A program made the translations under genes and the position numbers. From the human T2T-CHM13v2.0 reference genome, Homo sapiens, in the NCBI RefSeq assembly GCF_009914755.1, contig NC_060941.1: a stretch of DNA of 64,000 nucleotides. The stretch is one strand, 5' to 3'. The notes beneath the pieces are model-generated. The model did not search any database. It was given only the letters and a program-made list of their open reading frames with translations, and had not been told where the DNA came from. Positions 15,940 to 34,174 of this stretch are shown here, one piece after another; position 1 is the stretch's first letter; each line of letters begins with the position of its first letter.

Positions 15940-16617
15940 TTAAAGCGGGGCATCGTACTGGTCCAGGAACTCCCGAATGGGCCCCGGCAGCTGGGTGACT
16001 TTCTCATAGGAGTCCAGGTGGCCGTTGACGGTCTTCCGACAGAGATGCTGAAGAGTGGCCACGTTGGAGGAGAGGGGCCGGCTCAACACCAGGGGGATCT
16101 TCTCGCCCCCGGAGTAGATGTAATAGGCTCTTCTGGGGGGACTCCCAGGGAGTGGCTGGGCAGACGGCTGCTCGGGCACCTCGGAGGAGGGTTCAGTAGG
16201 TGGCGAGGGGAAGGAGGGGGCTCCAGGGGGCGGCATGTAGTGGTGCACCAGCTTGAGCACGCAGTCGAAGCGGGGCACGGGCTGCGTGCTCCGGGGATCG
16301 CTCTGCAGAGAGAAGCTGCCCCCCTCACACTGGATGCGCAGGTTCTTGGTCCCAGACTGGGTCTTGACGCTGAGCGTGAAGAAGTGGCGCTGGTCCGAGC
16401 TGTCGCGGATCAGAAAGGTGCCGGCGGGCTCGGCACTGAGCAGCAGGTTCGCCTCGCCGCCGGTCACTGCGCTCCAGTAGAAGCCGCTCTCCTGCAGCTT
16501 GCGCACTGCGTTCACCACCAGCTGGTACTCGCTCTTGGAGCTGAAGGTCTTGAGGCGCAGGCTGGTGTCCAGGGGGCGGCTCATCCCGGCGGCGGGAAAC
16601 TTGCTGTGGGTGACCAT
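15940..16617 (-). CDS. SOCS3: Suppressor of cytokine signalling 3 (225 aa; KIR, SH2 with PEST insert, SOCS box); single coding exon
   Basis: Translation MVTHSKFPAAGMSRPLDTSLRLKTFSSKSEYQLVV...GFYWS...FLIRDSSDQRHFFTLSV...VATLQHLCRKTVNGHLDSYEKVTQLPGPIREFLDQYDAPL. ATG (plus-strand CAT 16615-16617) in strong Kozak context GCCATGG; TAA at 15940-15942; 678 nt. Confidence 0.99.
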   Translation of the reverse strand: MVTHSKFPAAGMSRPLDTSLRLKTFSSKSEYQLVVNAVRKLQESGFYWSAVTGGEANLLLSAEPAGTFLIRDSSDQRHFFTLSVKTQSGTKNLRIQCEGGSFSLQSDPRSTQPVPRFDCVLKLVHHYMPPPGAPSFPSPPTEPSSEVPEQPSAQPLPGSPPRRAYYIYSGGEKIPLVLSRPLSSNVATLQHLCRKTVNGHLDSYEKVTQLPGPIREFLDQYDAPL

Positions 16618-16705
16618 GGCGCACGGAGCCAGCGTGGATCTGCGCGGCGGCGGCTGCAGCTGCTTCGCGGCCTCCGCACAGCGGCCGCTACCGCATCCCG
16701 GGGGG

Positions 16706-17271
16706 CTGCGGAGAGGAAGGCGCGAGCGCGTTGAGTGCCCGGAACCCTCCAGCGCGCCCGGCCCGCCCCGGCTCCCCTGCCTTCGCCGAGCGACTGGGGC
16801 ACCCACTGCCCCGGGGGCCCTCTCCTGGGCCCGCGCTCCGATCCAGGCGCCTCACGGAGCCCGCACGGCTCCCGCCCCTGCCGGCAGGGTGGCCCCGGGC
16901 AGCCCCTTCCCAGGCGCGCACTGCAAGGGCGCAGCGTGGGAAACTCGCGCGCGGAAGTTAGGTCTCCAGGAGTGTGGCCGGGTGGGGAGCAGGAGAAGGG
17001 CCCCCGGGACTGCCTGGGCGCCGCTCAGTCCAGTAGCCCCGGGCGGTGTGGACGGAGGGAGAAACCCGAGGCACGGGGGTAGGGAGGGGACAGGAGAAGC
17101 CCGAAGGCCCCAGCCGGAGTATTCCGGGAACCTGGGATCTCCGGCTTCCATCCGCTCTGCCCCTACCTCGTCACCTCCCTGCCGGGAATGACCCGGGAAG
17201 GGGAGGGGAAACCGGGAAAAGCTCCCGGGACTGAGCGAGACCCCTCCCCACGCCGCGCTCCTCCTTCCTAC
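16706..17271 (-). other. SOCS3: SOCS3 intron (566 nt, in the 5'UTR)
   Basis: GT donor at 17271; acceptor CCTTCCTCTCCGCAG| ending at 16706; branch-point-like CACTCAA at 16737-16731. Confidence 0.9.
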
Positions 17272-17600
17272 CTGGTCCCGAATCGAAGTCTCCGTCCTTG
17301 GGGCTGAGCCCCCTCGGGTCCCCAAGGCGACGCGGCGGCGAGACGGCCAGCGGTGGCCCGCGCTGCGCCCAGATGTTGGCGGCCGTGAAGTCCACAAAGG
17401 AGCCTTCGCGCGCGCGTCCCTCGAGCTTCCCCTGGGCGCCCGCCCTGCCCCCTGCGCACCCCCGGACCAACCGGGAGGGGACCAGGAGAGGGACCGCGGC
17501 AAGGGGCCGCGGCGGGAGCTGGGCCGGGCGGGCGGCGGGCGGCTGGCTGCGTGCGGGGCCGAAGCGGCAGCAGCGGAGCAGGGAGTCCAAGTCGGAGCCG
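17272..17600 (-). other. SOCS3: SOCS3 non-coding exon 1 (5'UTR); 5' end approximate
   Basis: Begins about 25 nt downstream of TATATA (17623-17628) and ends at donor CCAG|GTAGGA (GT = 17271-17270). Agrees with the recalled SOCS3 mRNA 5'UTR. Confidence 0.9.
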
Positions 17601-17622
17601 CCGCGGAGGCCGCGCTCGCGGG

Positions 17623-17696
17623 TATATAGGCGGCCGCCGCGCCCCGCCCCCCGATTCCTGGAACTGCGCGGCCGGCCTTCTTGTAATGTTTAGTCA
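17623..17696 (-). promoter_or_regulatory. SOCS3: SOCS3 proximal promoter: TATA, GC box, proximal and distal STAT sites, AP-1
   Basis: TATATA 17623-17628; GGGGCGGGG 17642-17650; TTCCAGGAA 17655-17663; TTACAAGAA 17678-17686; TGACTAA 17690-17696. This is the established cytokine-responsive SOCS3 promoter layout. Confidence 0.93.
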
Positions 17697-18466
17697 CTAC
17701 TCGCAGCAGAGAAAGGCTGAGCGCGGAGGGTGAGGGAGGGGCCGCGGGCGCCGAGGGCGGGCCGCGAGCAGGGGCAGGGACCGGGAGGGACGCGCGCGGA
17801 GACAAAGCGCGACGAGAGGCGGCCGAGGCGGCCGGTGGGCGCGGCGCCAGCCCCGGCGGCGCGTTCCTGGCAGCGGCCCCTCCCCGCCGCGCGCTCCGCC
17901 CCCAACTTCTCATTCACACTTTCCCCCCACCCCCCTCCCTTCTAAGAAGGCTGATTTCTGGCAGAGGCGGGGGCGCCGCTTCGGGAGAGCGGGCAGTTCT
18001 AGGAGGCCGACCTGGAGAGCCTCCCGGTTCCCCTTCCCCTTTTCCCGGACCCCGCGGGGACACCCCCTCGCCGCCACCCGGGCCTCCCCGAGGGCCCAAC
18101 TGCGGGTCAGGCGGCCCGGGCCAGCCGAAAGGGAAGTGGGGCTACCCCACAGCCAGGCAGCGGGGCTGGGGTCAGACCCGGGAGCCGGAGGTTGGAGACG
18201 TGCGACAGTCACCTGCGGGCAGATTCCAGAGGGGAGACCCAGGGCTGCAGGGGACGCCCCTTCGTGGCAGCTACCCAGCCTCGGCCCACTGCCAGGTTCT
18301 TTGCCAACCCTGACGCGAGTGTGGAGCCCCCCTCCCCTCCCCTATGAAAACGCTTTCATGCACTGGGGTCTGCAAACCTGGTTGGTCCGGTGTGGGTTGG
18401 GCCAGGTGCTCTCGGCCGGGCTGGAGAGCTCGAGGTGGAACGATGGCCCCAACCTACGGCCCGCGT

Positions 18467-18480
18467 CCGCCAGAGGGCGC
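18467..18480 (+). promoter_or_regulatory. CTCF-like motif
   Basis: CCGCCAGAGGGCGC closely matches the CTCF core and lies at the CpG-island edge about 0.87 kb upstream of the SOCS3 TSS. Confidence 0.6.
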
Positions 18481-19527
18481 CCTGGGGTCTCCTAGGGGAG
18501 GGCAGTTTGGTGCTGCGCGGCCCAGGCCTTGGAATAGGCACGCCAGGGATCTGCGGGAATGGCTGTCTCCGGAGCTGGAAAGGTGGCCGAGAAGGGGGCA
18601 TTCACACCCCAGGCTGGGGTCAGACCTGGGAATAAAATTCTAGCAGGAGAGAATTTCCGGAAAGCAGTTTTCCGGGGTTCAGGCTACTGCCAGATGGCCC
18701 ACACCCCCTGGAATGTGACCCCCTGCCTCTCTTGGGGTGGGGGAGGACTTGATCACTGGCGGGGAGGGGGTAGAGGGGAGGAGAGGAAGTGATTGAGGTG
18801 AAAGATTGGTTTGCTGCTAGTCACGTTGGCACTGACGTAGATAGTTTGGGCTTGGAGACCCGGGGCCAGCCTTATGAAGGATGGCAAGTTTTGTCATCTT
18901 GTCCCCAAATGGGCTGTGTGGTGCTGGGGACACCCGAGAGCTGCCTCAGTGGCATTTAGATTTTCACCTCTCGGGATGCAGACGCTGTGGGCCTGGGGCC
19001 CTGCGCTCTTCCTAGATACCAGGATAATGAGGTGCTGAAAGGGAAGGAAGAGACTGCCGCCAGGGACAGGGAGCTTGGGATGCCAGAACCCAGAACTGGC
19101 CCTTTTGCCGGCCCTGGAATTGATAGGTGCGCACTGCCTTTGCCACTGTATCCTCAGTCCGTGCCATCACCTCTCCCCAGCATGTGCTGGGGACTCAGTG
19201 AGATTTGGACAAGACACACAGTTTCTCTGGGCTTCCGTTTTGCCACCTGTAAAACTGGAGCCAGAACCTTTTCCTTCCCTTTGGCAGGCGGAGGCGAGAG
19301 GATCACTTGAGCATAGACATTCAAGACCAGCCCGGGCAGCAAAGTGAGCACCCCCATCTCTGCAAAAAATAGAAAAAAGTTAGCCAGGAGTGGTGGCCTG
19401 TGCCTGTAGTCCCAGCTACTTGGGAGGCCAAGGTGGAAGGATCGCTTGAGTCAGGGAGGTCAAGGCTGCGGTGAGCCATGATCGTGCCACTGCACTTTAG
19501 TCTGGGCAACAGAGTGAGACCCTGTTA

Positions 19528-19617
<90 letters not shown>

Positions 19618-19830
19618 TCACGAGGTCAGGAGATCGAGACCATCCTGGCCAACATGGTGAAACCTCGTCTCTACTAAAAATACAAAAATTAGCTGAGTGT
19701 GGTGGCACATGCTTGTAATCCCAGCTACTTGAGAGGCTGAGGCAGGAGAATCGCTTGAACCAGGGAGTCAGAGGTTGTGGTGAGCCGAGATCGCGCCATT
19801 GCACTCCAACCTGGCGACAGAGCTCTGTCT

Positions 19831-19872
<42 letters not shown>

Positions 19873-20539
19873 AAGAAAGAAAAGAAAAGGAAGAAAGAAA
19901 AAGAACCTTTTGCCATAAGAGATTTGAAATTAAAAAAAAAAAAGATTCTGCACATCAAAGCGTGATAGAAATAGAAGTAACCCAGTTAGTTCAACTCTCC
20001 CTCCAGCCTATCAGGAGAGCAGAGGAGGAAACTGGTTTATTCAACACATTTCACAAATATTGAGCTCCATGCACCAGGCACTGGGCTGGGCATTGATATA
20101 TAATGATGAGTAGGACCTGGTCTTTGCCCTCACAATGCTTGCAGGGTAATGAAATGGATTCTCCTTCTCTCTGTAATCAGTTCATTCTTTTTCTCATCCA
20201 TTCAGTGTTACGTGGCTGCATGACCATACACTTCTGGGTAGAGCCCAGTGGAAGACAAAGAAGACTCAAGGAATAGCCCTTGAGGTAATGGATGAGAAAG
20301 TGCTTTGTAAATTACAATGCTCTGACACAAGTCAAGTTCATTCATCCATTCCATAAACCTCTGCCGAGAGCCTGCTTTTGCCAGGCACAGGGCGAAGTGC
20401 TGGAAGACAGAAGTGCTGGGTGAATCCTGCAGGGGGAGATGGCCAAGGCAATCGGCATGGAGCCCCCAGGTGATGAGTGAGGTGGGAGGTGCGGGGCTCC
20501 CTGCCTGCTCATCTCAGCAGGAGATCCAACTGCTGTTCG

Positions 20540-20720
20540 GGCTCTATCACCCAGTAGCTGTGTGACTTTAGGCAATCTGCCTTACCAGCTGTGCCTCGGT
20601 TTCCTTATTTGTAAAATGGTTGGAGAGTAGTACCTACCTCACTGAGTTGTCTGGAGCTCCCACATGCAAAATGCTTAGAGTGGTGCCTTGCACATAGGAA
20701 GTGCTCAATGCATATTAACT
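20540..20720. mobile_element. MIR fragment (similar fragments at ~3110-3300 and ~5410-5620)
   Basis: MIR core GCTGTGTGACTTTAGGCAA...GTGCCTCGGTTTCCTTATTTGTAAAATG...GTGCTCAAT. Confidence 0.7.
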
Positions 20721-20769
20721 GTCATGATTTTGAAAGCACTGGGGAGGCTTTGAGGAGAGGGAGGAGTGA

Positions 20770-21254
<485 letters not shown>

Positions 21255-21468
21255 TGAATCCAGACTCCTCGGTGCAGTGTGTGTCCCACGCTGCTCCATG
21301 TCAGTTTCATCGGCTGCCACTGCCTCAGCGACTGGTGCCTCGTGCTCTAGCTACATGGAGCTCCAAGCTGTCCAGAAGGTAACGTTCCTCAGTCCTGGGT
21401 TTCTGCACATTTGCTTCCCTGTCTGGGGACAAGGAGGGAACTACCTTCCACACCTTGGCTGATTTCTA

Positions 21469-21609
<141 letters not shown>

Positions 21610-21624
21610 CTACAAAAAATTTTA

Positions 21625-21945
<321 letters not shown>

Positions 21946-23800
21946 TCAAGGATGATGTTGACTTCTTTCCCTTGTTTTTAGAGACCACAGCCTGCTTTCT
22001 TCTAGAGTACTTTTTGGTTTTCCATGCAGGGCTCAGGAGCTATACAGATGGGATAGAGGGTGTGAGTGCTGGGAAGCCCCATCCATGGCTCGCTGGAGAT
22101 TAGAGGCCTGTTAATCTGAAGACAAAGGAATGAAGACGAAAACGTTTCTGAAAATGTGGGTGGAGACACCTGGGCCTTTACAGGGTACGCTCCAGAGCTG
22201 CTTCCAGGCAGGGACCCCGGCTGAGAGAAGCCAGAGCCAGAGAGTCGCAGGCTTGCTTGCTCTTATCTTCCCTCTGCTGGGGGGGTCGAGGGGAGATCTG
22301 GCCCCTCTGCTCTGCCCTCCTGATTTCCCGTCTAAGGGATTTAGGAGACTTTTGCCTTTTCCTAATCTCTCCCTTTGCAGAATTTCTGCGAAGTCACAAT
22401 CCCATTTCCAGGCAAAGGTGCTTGGTCATAAAGATAATAAAGATATTCATTCATGATGGAGGGGAAGTACACAGTGGTTTCAGCTGCCTGTAGGGCTCCA
22501 CTTACTCATGGTGTGTGACAGATGCTGAGCCCTTCCCCAAATCTCATGGATGGGAAGGAAACCTGGCGCCGCGGGGTGGTCGCGGGAAGCCGTGGCATGG
22601 CTTGGTGAACACAGGCTCGCCGACCCGGGGGCGGATGCTGAGGTTGCCATTGTTGGTGGCTGCATCTGCAGTAGACGGGTCGGGATGCCGGCCTCAGACC
22701 ACAGCGTTGCTAAATGCCAAACCCAAGGCCTCCCCGTCTTTAACACTGCTGGGCATTCTACAGCGCAAGGAGGCAGCTGGGGCTGGACTGCCCAGTGCCT
22801 GCCGTTGACTGTGCGTCTTCTGCCTGTGAGCTAGCCTGCCACACCTGGGGATACACGGTGGGGAAATCAATCAGCTTCCCTCCCTTCTAGAGCTTCAGGT
22901 CCGGCGTTGGTGTCTAGAGGCAAGGGGAGGAGGCAGGGAGGCCTCTTCTTTTCTGTCCCCCTTTCTCTTGGCCAATTTGGAGGAGATGGTGGGGGACCTG
23001 TCTCTCATCTGACCTCCTGGAAGCCCTGCCTGCTGCTCCAGTGTGGCTCTCCCAGGGCTGAGGCCTGGAACCTAGGGCTGGGCTACCTGGGGTGCTCAGC
23101 TCTGCCGCACCCCAGCCCTCCTCGGCTGCAGCCCTGGCTTCTTTTCTTACCCACTGGGATGGCCCGTGGGACTAACCTTGCAGCCTGCAGGACTATGGCC
23201 CAGATGACCTTTCCGGAGCAGGGGAAGAGTTCACAGGTCTCAGACCAGGTTGACCCCGAGCCCTCTCTTTCCTGCTTCGCATAGGGGCGGGCCAAGGGAG
23301 GCAGGGACAATGGCATTCCTGTTTGCAGGCCTTTGTTCCCGCCAGGAGGGCCCCCGGAGCTAATAAAAAGGTTTGTGGCTCCGATGTCTAAGAGGCAGTG
23401 GAGGAGTTCTTTCAAGCCTGACATTCCAGGCCCAGCCGGCCTCTGGCATTTCCCAGAAAAACTTCGAGGAGGGGAGGGGAAAGAAAACACTTGAGGGACC
23501 CACCCACCTACCCACTGCCCGCCTTCTCGGATTCCTCGTTCCCTCTGGGGATTGGGCTGGGCCGGAGTGCCAGGACCCCTGCCCTGGGGGGCCCATTCCT
23601 CCACCCACAGAGGGGCCCTGGGAAGTGTTGAGAGGGTGAGAGTGGGTAAGTGGGGGGTGACTCTAGGAGGGTGCAGAGAGGATGAAATGTTGGGGGCGCA
23701 GTGAGAAGAGGAGGAAAGTTTCTTCCCACTTTGTCAAAAAGGAATCCACATCTGCTACAAGTTTGGAGTTGGAGGGTGGGGAGTGAGGAGTTAGCTCCTA

Positions 23801-24541
<741 letters not shown>

Positions 24542-24921
24542 CTAGCCCCTCAGGAGACTGAGGCAGGAGAATCGCTTCAAACTGGGAGGTGGAGATTTAC
24601 AGTGAGCTGAGATTGTGCCATTGCGCTCCAGCCTGGGCGACAAGAGCAAAACTCCGTCTCAAAAAAAAGAAAAATGTAAAAGCAAAAGAAAAAAAGAAAA
24701 TAATACCCTCTCTCTGGCTCCCAAGATCCTGAACCAACTTTGAAGGCAGAGAAGTGGGCTAGAAGAAGTGGGGTTGGAGCCTCCACCAAGGACAAGAAGG
24801 TGAGACTCTAAGGCGTCTAAGGTGAAACTGGGGCAGCTATCCCCACGTGTTCCTTCCTCCCTCCCCCTTGCCGGCACTGTACTCACTGGGCCTTAGGCTG
24901 GTGTTGTTCAGAGTTTCTTAA

Positions 24922-25239
<318 letters not shown>

Positions 25240-26285
25240 TAGGTAGAGACGGTGTTTGCCATGTTGCCCAGACTTGTCTCGAACTCCTGAGCTCAGGCAA
25301 TCCACTGGCCTCGCTCTCCCAAAATGCTGGGATCACAGGCGTGAGCCACTGTGCCCAGCCATAACACTTATTTTATACTACCATTTATTCCTTGAGTAGT
25401 TATTTATTTATTTATTTATTTGAGACAGAGTCTTGCTCTGTCGCCCAGGCTGGAGTGCAGTGGCACAATCTTGGCTCACTGCAACCTCTGCCTCCCGGTT
25501 CAAGTGATTCTCCTGCCTCAGCCTCCTGAGTAGCTGGGACTACAGGCGTCCGCCACCACGCCCGGCTAATTTTTGTATTTTTTAGTAGAGACGGGGTTTC
25601 ACCATATTGGCTAGCCTCCTGACCTTCTGATCCATCCACCTCAGCCTCCCAAAGTGCTGGGATTACAGGCATGAGCCACTACACCTGGCCTTGAGTAGAT
25701 ATTTATTGAGCACCTGCTATGTGTCAGGGATTGAGTTAGGTGCCAGAAATTTATCAGTCTCGGATCTCATGGAGCTTAGATGTTTTTCCAGAAGGACAAG
25801 ATTCTTCCAGAATTATATCGGGATTGATTAATTTTGACTGTGCTGCATACTATGAAGAAGTCCCAGGAGCTATGTGAGCCTATTATGGGGAGACCTAATC
25901 TATTGGGGGGACAACCAAGGGGGATTCCCTGAAGAAGTAACACACGTAGGCTGATGGGAAGCTGAGGTCTAGAGAGGTCCCTGCCTGGTGCGAGGTCTCC
26001 CAGTCAGATCGTGGCAGAGCTCCAGCTGGTGCCCAGGTTGGTTGACTAGACTCCCAGGCTTTCCCCACACACAGGCTCGTCTGGCCTCCCTCCAGGCCAC
26101 TCGGTGGCATACACAGGGGAGGGGAGGACGGAGAGCTGGCAGAGGCAGGGAGGGCCTGCTGGTGGGACAGGCATTCTCCTGGTGCCACATGCCCGGGCCT
26201 CTGCTGCCCACTGTCTTTTCCCATTCACTTCTACTTCACTCTCCCTCTCACTCCCCAAAGGCCTTAGCCCCCTGCTTCCAGCTCA

Positions 26286-26498
<213 letters not shown>

Positions 26499-27979
26499 TC
26501 AGGAGGCTGAGGTGGAAGAATCTCTTGAATCGGGGAGACAGAGGCTGCAGCGGAGCTGAGATAGTGCCACTGCATTCCAGCCTGGGGGACAGAGTGAGAC
26601 TGTCTCAAAAAAAAAAAAAAAAAAAAAAGAGAGAAAAGAACCCATTTAATTCTACCTGTGGGAGGTGGTTCAGGCATTTGTGGAACTTTGCAAATTGAAA
26701 ACATAGTTTGTGAATACCTAAGACAGCCCCATAGGTCAGCATTCAAAAGGTGCAATCAGGTGAGCCAGAGTCTTCCCCTCCTATTCCCTGGCTTCCTGTG
26801 CCACCTGGGGCATTTTTTTTTCTTTTCTTTTTTATAGACCAGAAGATGCAGGCTACTGTGGGCACAATGCCTATGAATTAGCCCTGCTCTGCAAGAAGCA
26901 GCCAAAAAAAAAAAAAAAAAAGATGCAGAGTGGTGGCATGTGCACGGCTGAATGCAGTCTGTAGACGCAGTAGCTGTGTGGCCTATACAGAATTAAAACA
27001 ATTTTTGAGATAACATTAAAAAAATCTGGAAATTTCACATCTACATTTGAATCTGGAGCTTTCCTTGGAAAAACAGGACACTGGTAGCAGTGGACCACGT
27101 TCTGGCACATTCCCGTTGGCCCTTCAGGTGGGGCATGGGCTCCCCAGGTCAGCACAGGCCCACCCTCCAGGGTGACCACCCTCCCCTTCCTTCCCTTCCC
27201 TGCCAGGGTCTGCAGGCATTGAGGCAGCAACTCAGCCTGACCTCCGCCTCTCCCAAGCTAAAGGGCAAGGAAGGCTATGGACTTTGGGGCATTTATTTTG
27301 AGTCTCTTTCCTAAATTCGAGGAGACTGGAAATAAATCAAGCCTGGCCAGGAGGAGGAGTCCAGCTCTTCCTGTCCCACTGGCCCTTCCCTCTTGGACCT
27401 CATCTTAAGCAGGTATGCTTGGCCTCTTCCTCTACTTCACTGTGGGGGCTGGGCAGGGAGAAGCTGCGGGGCGGGGGACCCTGGGATTCCCTGGGACATC
27501 ACTGGGTTCCCCACGCTGTGGGCTGCTGGATCTCGAGGCCTGCAGCTCCTTGCTCGGGTGGCGCTGGCGACCCGCCATGCCACAAAAGGCTGAGATTCCC
27601 CTGAAACCTAGAGCTGCTTTTATCTCTCACTGGTGACAGAGAAACAAACCAGGATGCTCTGCCCAAAAGGCATTTCCAGAAATCTGGGCTCTGGCTTCTT
27701 GTTGATCAAATGCCAGAACGTCCTGGGCTTCTTTGTGGCGAGGGAGCCATTGAGCATGGGTGTTTTGTTTTGCAGATGACAAGATTTTCGACACTGAAAA
27801 GTTTAAATGATGAATGGAAGAGCTTTGAATGGCTCCCACCCCTGCACAGGGAGGTTGCTGATTCGAGCTTCTGTGTTTGTCAAATTTGTTCCTCACAACT
27901 TTCGGCTCTTTTGCACCTCCCCTCGGCTCCAACAGGCTCAGGACCCTAGTCCCAGAAATCCTCATCTCTTCCAGTTTTA

Positions 27980-28670
<691 letters not shown>

Positions 28671-28688
28671 AGAAAACTTTTCTAACCC

Positions 28689-29212
<524 letters not shown>

Positions 29213-29219
29213 ATATGCT

Positions 29220-30549
<1,330 letters not shown>

Positions 30550-30979
30550 TCACTCCAGCACTGGAGCCCGGTTCTGGGGCCAGATCCTATTCACAGTGCT
30601 CAGAGCACACAAAGATTCATGAGCTCGCCTTCTGATGGGGCAGAGACAAAACACAGCACAGCAAACGATTAGGTCACTGTAAGGAAGAGGAAGAAACTAA
30701 AATCCTGTTATCCGGGTTGGAAAGCTGTTTCTAGGGGAGGGTGACATTTGGACAGAGCTCAGGATGAGATGAGCTGAGGGAAGGTGCTTCTGAGCAGAGG
30801 GAAGAGCAAATGTAAAGATGCTGAGGAAGGCCGGGCGCGGTGGCTCACACCTGTAATCCCAGTAGTTTGGCAAGGTCAGGAGTTCGAGACCAGCCTGGCC
30901 AACATGGTGAAACCTTGTCTCTACTAAGAATACAAAAAAAATAGCTGGGGGTGGTGGCAGGCACCTGTAATCCCAGCTA

Positions 30980-31084
<105 letters not shown>

Positions 31085-31217
31085 TTATCTCAACAACAAC
31101 AACAAAAAAGATGCTGAGGAGGACGCGGGCTTGAGAGAAGGCCAGGCCAGTGAGGCTGGACATATGACCAAGGGGAAGAATAGAGGGAGAGGGAGGCAGC
31201 CACTCCCAGGTGGGCTC

Positions 31218-32252
<1,035 letters not shown>

Positions 32253-33989
32253 GTTTCATCCCATCTCCAGCAAGCAGGCTGCATTCCTTTTAACAAAGAA
32301 CAGGCTCCTCACAAACAGCTGAACAGCCCCTCGGGACAGTTTCTCATCTCTGGAGGCAGAAGGTGGGCCGGACAGCCACTTCCTCCCTTTGGAATTTGCT
32401 AACAGCCCTGTGTTTGGGAGAGACCCTCTCTAGGCAAGCAAGCTAGAGGAGGAGGGGCCTTCCTCTTGTGTTACTGTGATTTTCGGTTGAGGGAGTGAAT
32501 CACAGGCAGTGAGGCATGGGCTGTTGGCTCAGGATTTCCTGGTGTTTCCTGCCTGGGAGAGCTGCCCCACTCTCAGGGGCAGCAGCCCACCACTCCTTGA
32601 CGTCAACTCTCCCTCCAATGAATGGGTTTCCTTTTCCGTTTGGGAAGACATGGGATCTGCCGTCAATCCCGTCGACCCTGTCTTTCTAACCCTGGCACCT
32701 CCTGTCTGGGAAGGAGCGAGTGCGACTAACGAGAAGGCAGTGGGTGAGGGCAGGAGGGCGAGGGGGACTCAGAGGACAGATGTCTTCTCGCCCGCAGTCA
32801 TTGAGATGGGCATCCAGAAACCCCATCCACAGCAGTAGTGTCTGACCCAGATTGAGAGCCGGCCACGCAGCTTTGGGACACCCTGAGTGCTCCCAGGCAG
32901 GCTCTCTGGGTCACCTTTGTTGTCTGGGAGGGTCTTATCTCCTCTACTTGTTTTCAGTAACTAGCCCAGATGAGACCTCCTGACACGAACAATGCATGTG
33001 CTGTCATCCTGTAAATGGAATCATTTAAAAATTGCACAATCTCTGAAAACCATTATTTAACATTTTTGCAACCTCAAAATGTATGTGTCCCCAGCAAAGT
33101 CGTGGTTGCCTCACTCTGGTGATAGCTCTGTCTGTTTTAAACTAGCCATGAAGGCCAGAGGCTCTCGATGTGTGGTTTCAGAAGGGACTGGGTCATTCCT
33201 TGATGTTATCCTTAGGGTAAATACTTATTAGTGTGACTTACCATGCTATCAATATTGCTGTCTGTTGCTAGCATTTCTTTAAGGTTGGGAATTCCCAGTG
33301 AGCCTGTACCATGGCTGTTTGTCTCAGTACCTCGCACAGCAAAGCACCCATGCAGAAAAGCTGCCAGCTCCTTCTAGGATGATAACCAGGCTCCCATAGC
33401 CCATGTGGCGCTCACCGCTGAGCATGACGGTGTAGCCATACAGCAAGTGTTTACTCTGCAACAACCGTGGGCCAGGAACAGTGCAAAAGTGGAACCATGC
33501 AATGGATGGCCTCATTCTAGTTACTGGAAGTTAGGAAATTTGATGATTCACCATTTCTAACTTGGAAGGGTTGAATCAAATTCCATGTAGTATTAGTAAA
33601 GCTATCTAAACGCAAAAGAAAACTTTAAGCCAATCTGAAATACTTGTTGATTGTCAACAATTTGGAAACTCCTTAATGGCACCAAATAACCAACATTAAC
33701 ATTTGGGGGTATTTACTTTCAGTCTTTCTGTGTACATACACGCATTTCCTCTTTCTTCCTCTCCTTTAATGAAATGAGATGGTCTCTACGCTACTCCTTG
33801 GTAATTTGGCTTTTACACTTAATGTCATTAAATATTCTTCCAGAACATGTTATTTTTATGATTGTGTGGTCTTCCAACATACCGATGTATCATTATTTAA
33901 CCAACCCCCCTACCCTGAAGATTTGCTTCCACACTTCCGATATCATGAACAAGGCTGAGATGAACATTCTTGTGGGAATGTGTAGTTGA

Positions 33990-34174
<185 letters not shown>

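Larger units (their letters stand above)
15900..18560. promoter_or_regulatory. SOCS3: CpG island covering SOCS3 CDS, intron, exon 1 and upstream region
   Basis: Very high GC and undepleted CpG by inspection; edges approximate. Confidence 0.85.

Noticed and set aside
15304-16734. 476-aa plus-strand ORF antisense to SOCS3
   Set aside because: Starts at TTG, overlaps the GC-rich SOCS3 CDS in the antisense register where stops are rare, and has no recognisable domain; a shadow ORF.
16618-16806. 63-aa N-terminal extension of SOCS3 in the 288-aa ORF call
   Set aside because: Begins at a GTG inside the intron, upstream of the acceptor at 16706; the true start is ATG 16617.
16852-17913. 353-aa ORF, and the 281/282-aa ORFs at 9951-10812
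   Set aside because: Low-complexity Arg/Pro/Gly/Ala translations of CpG islands with non-ATG starts.
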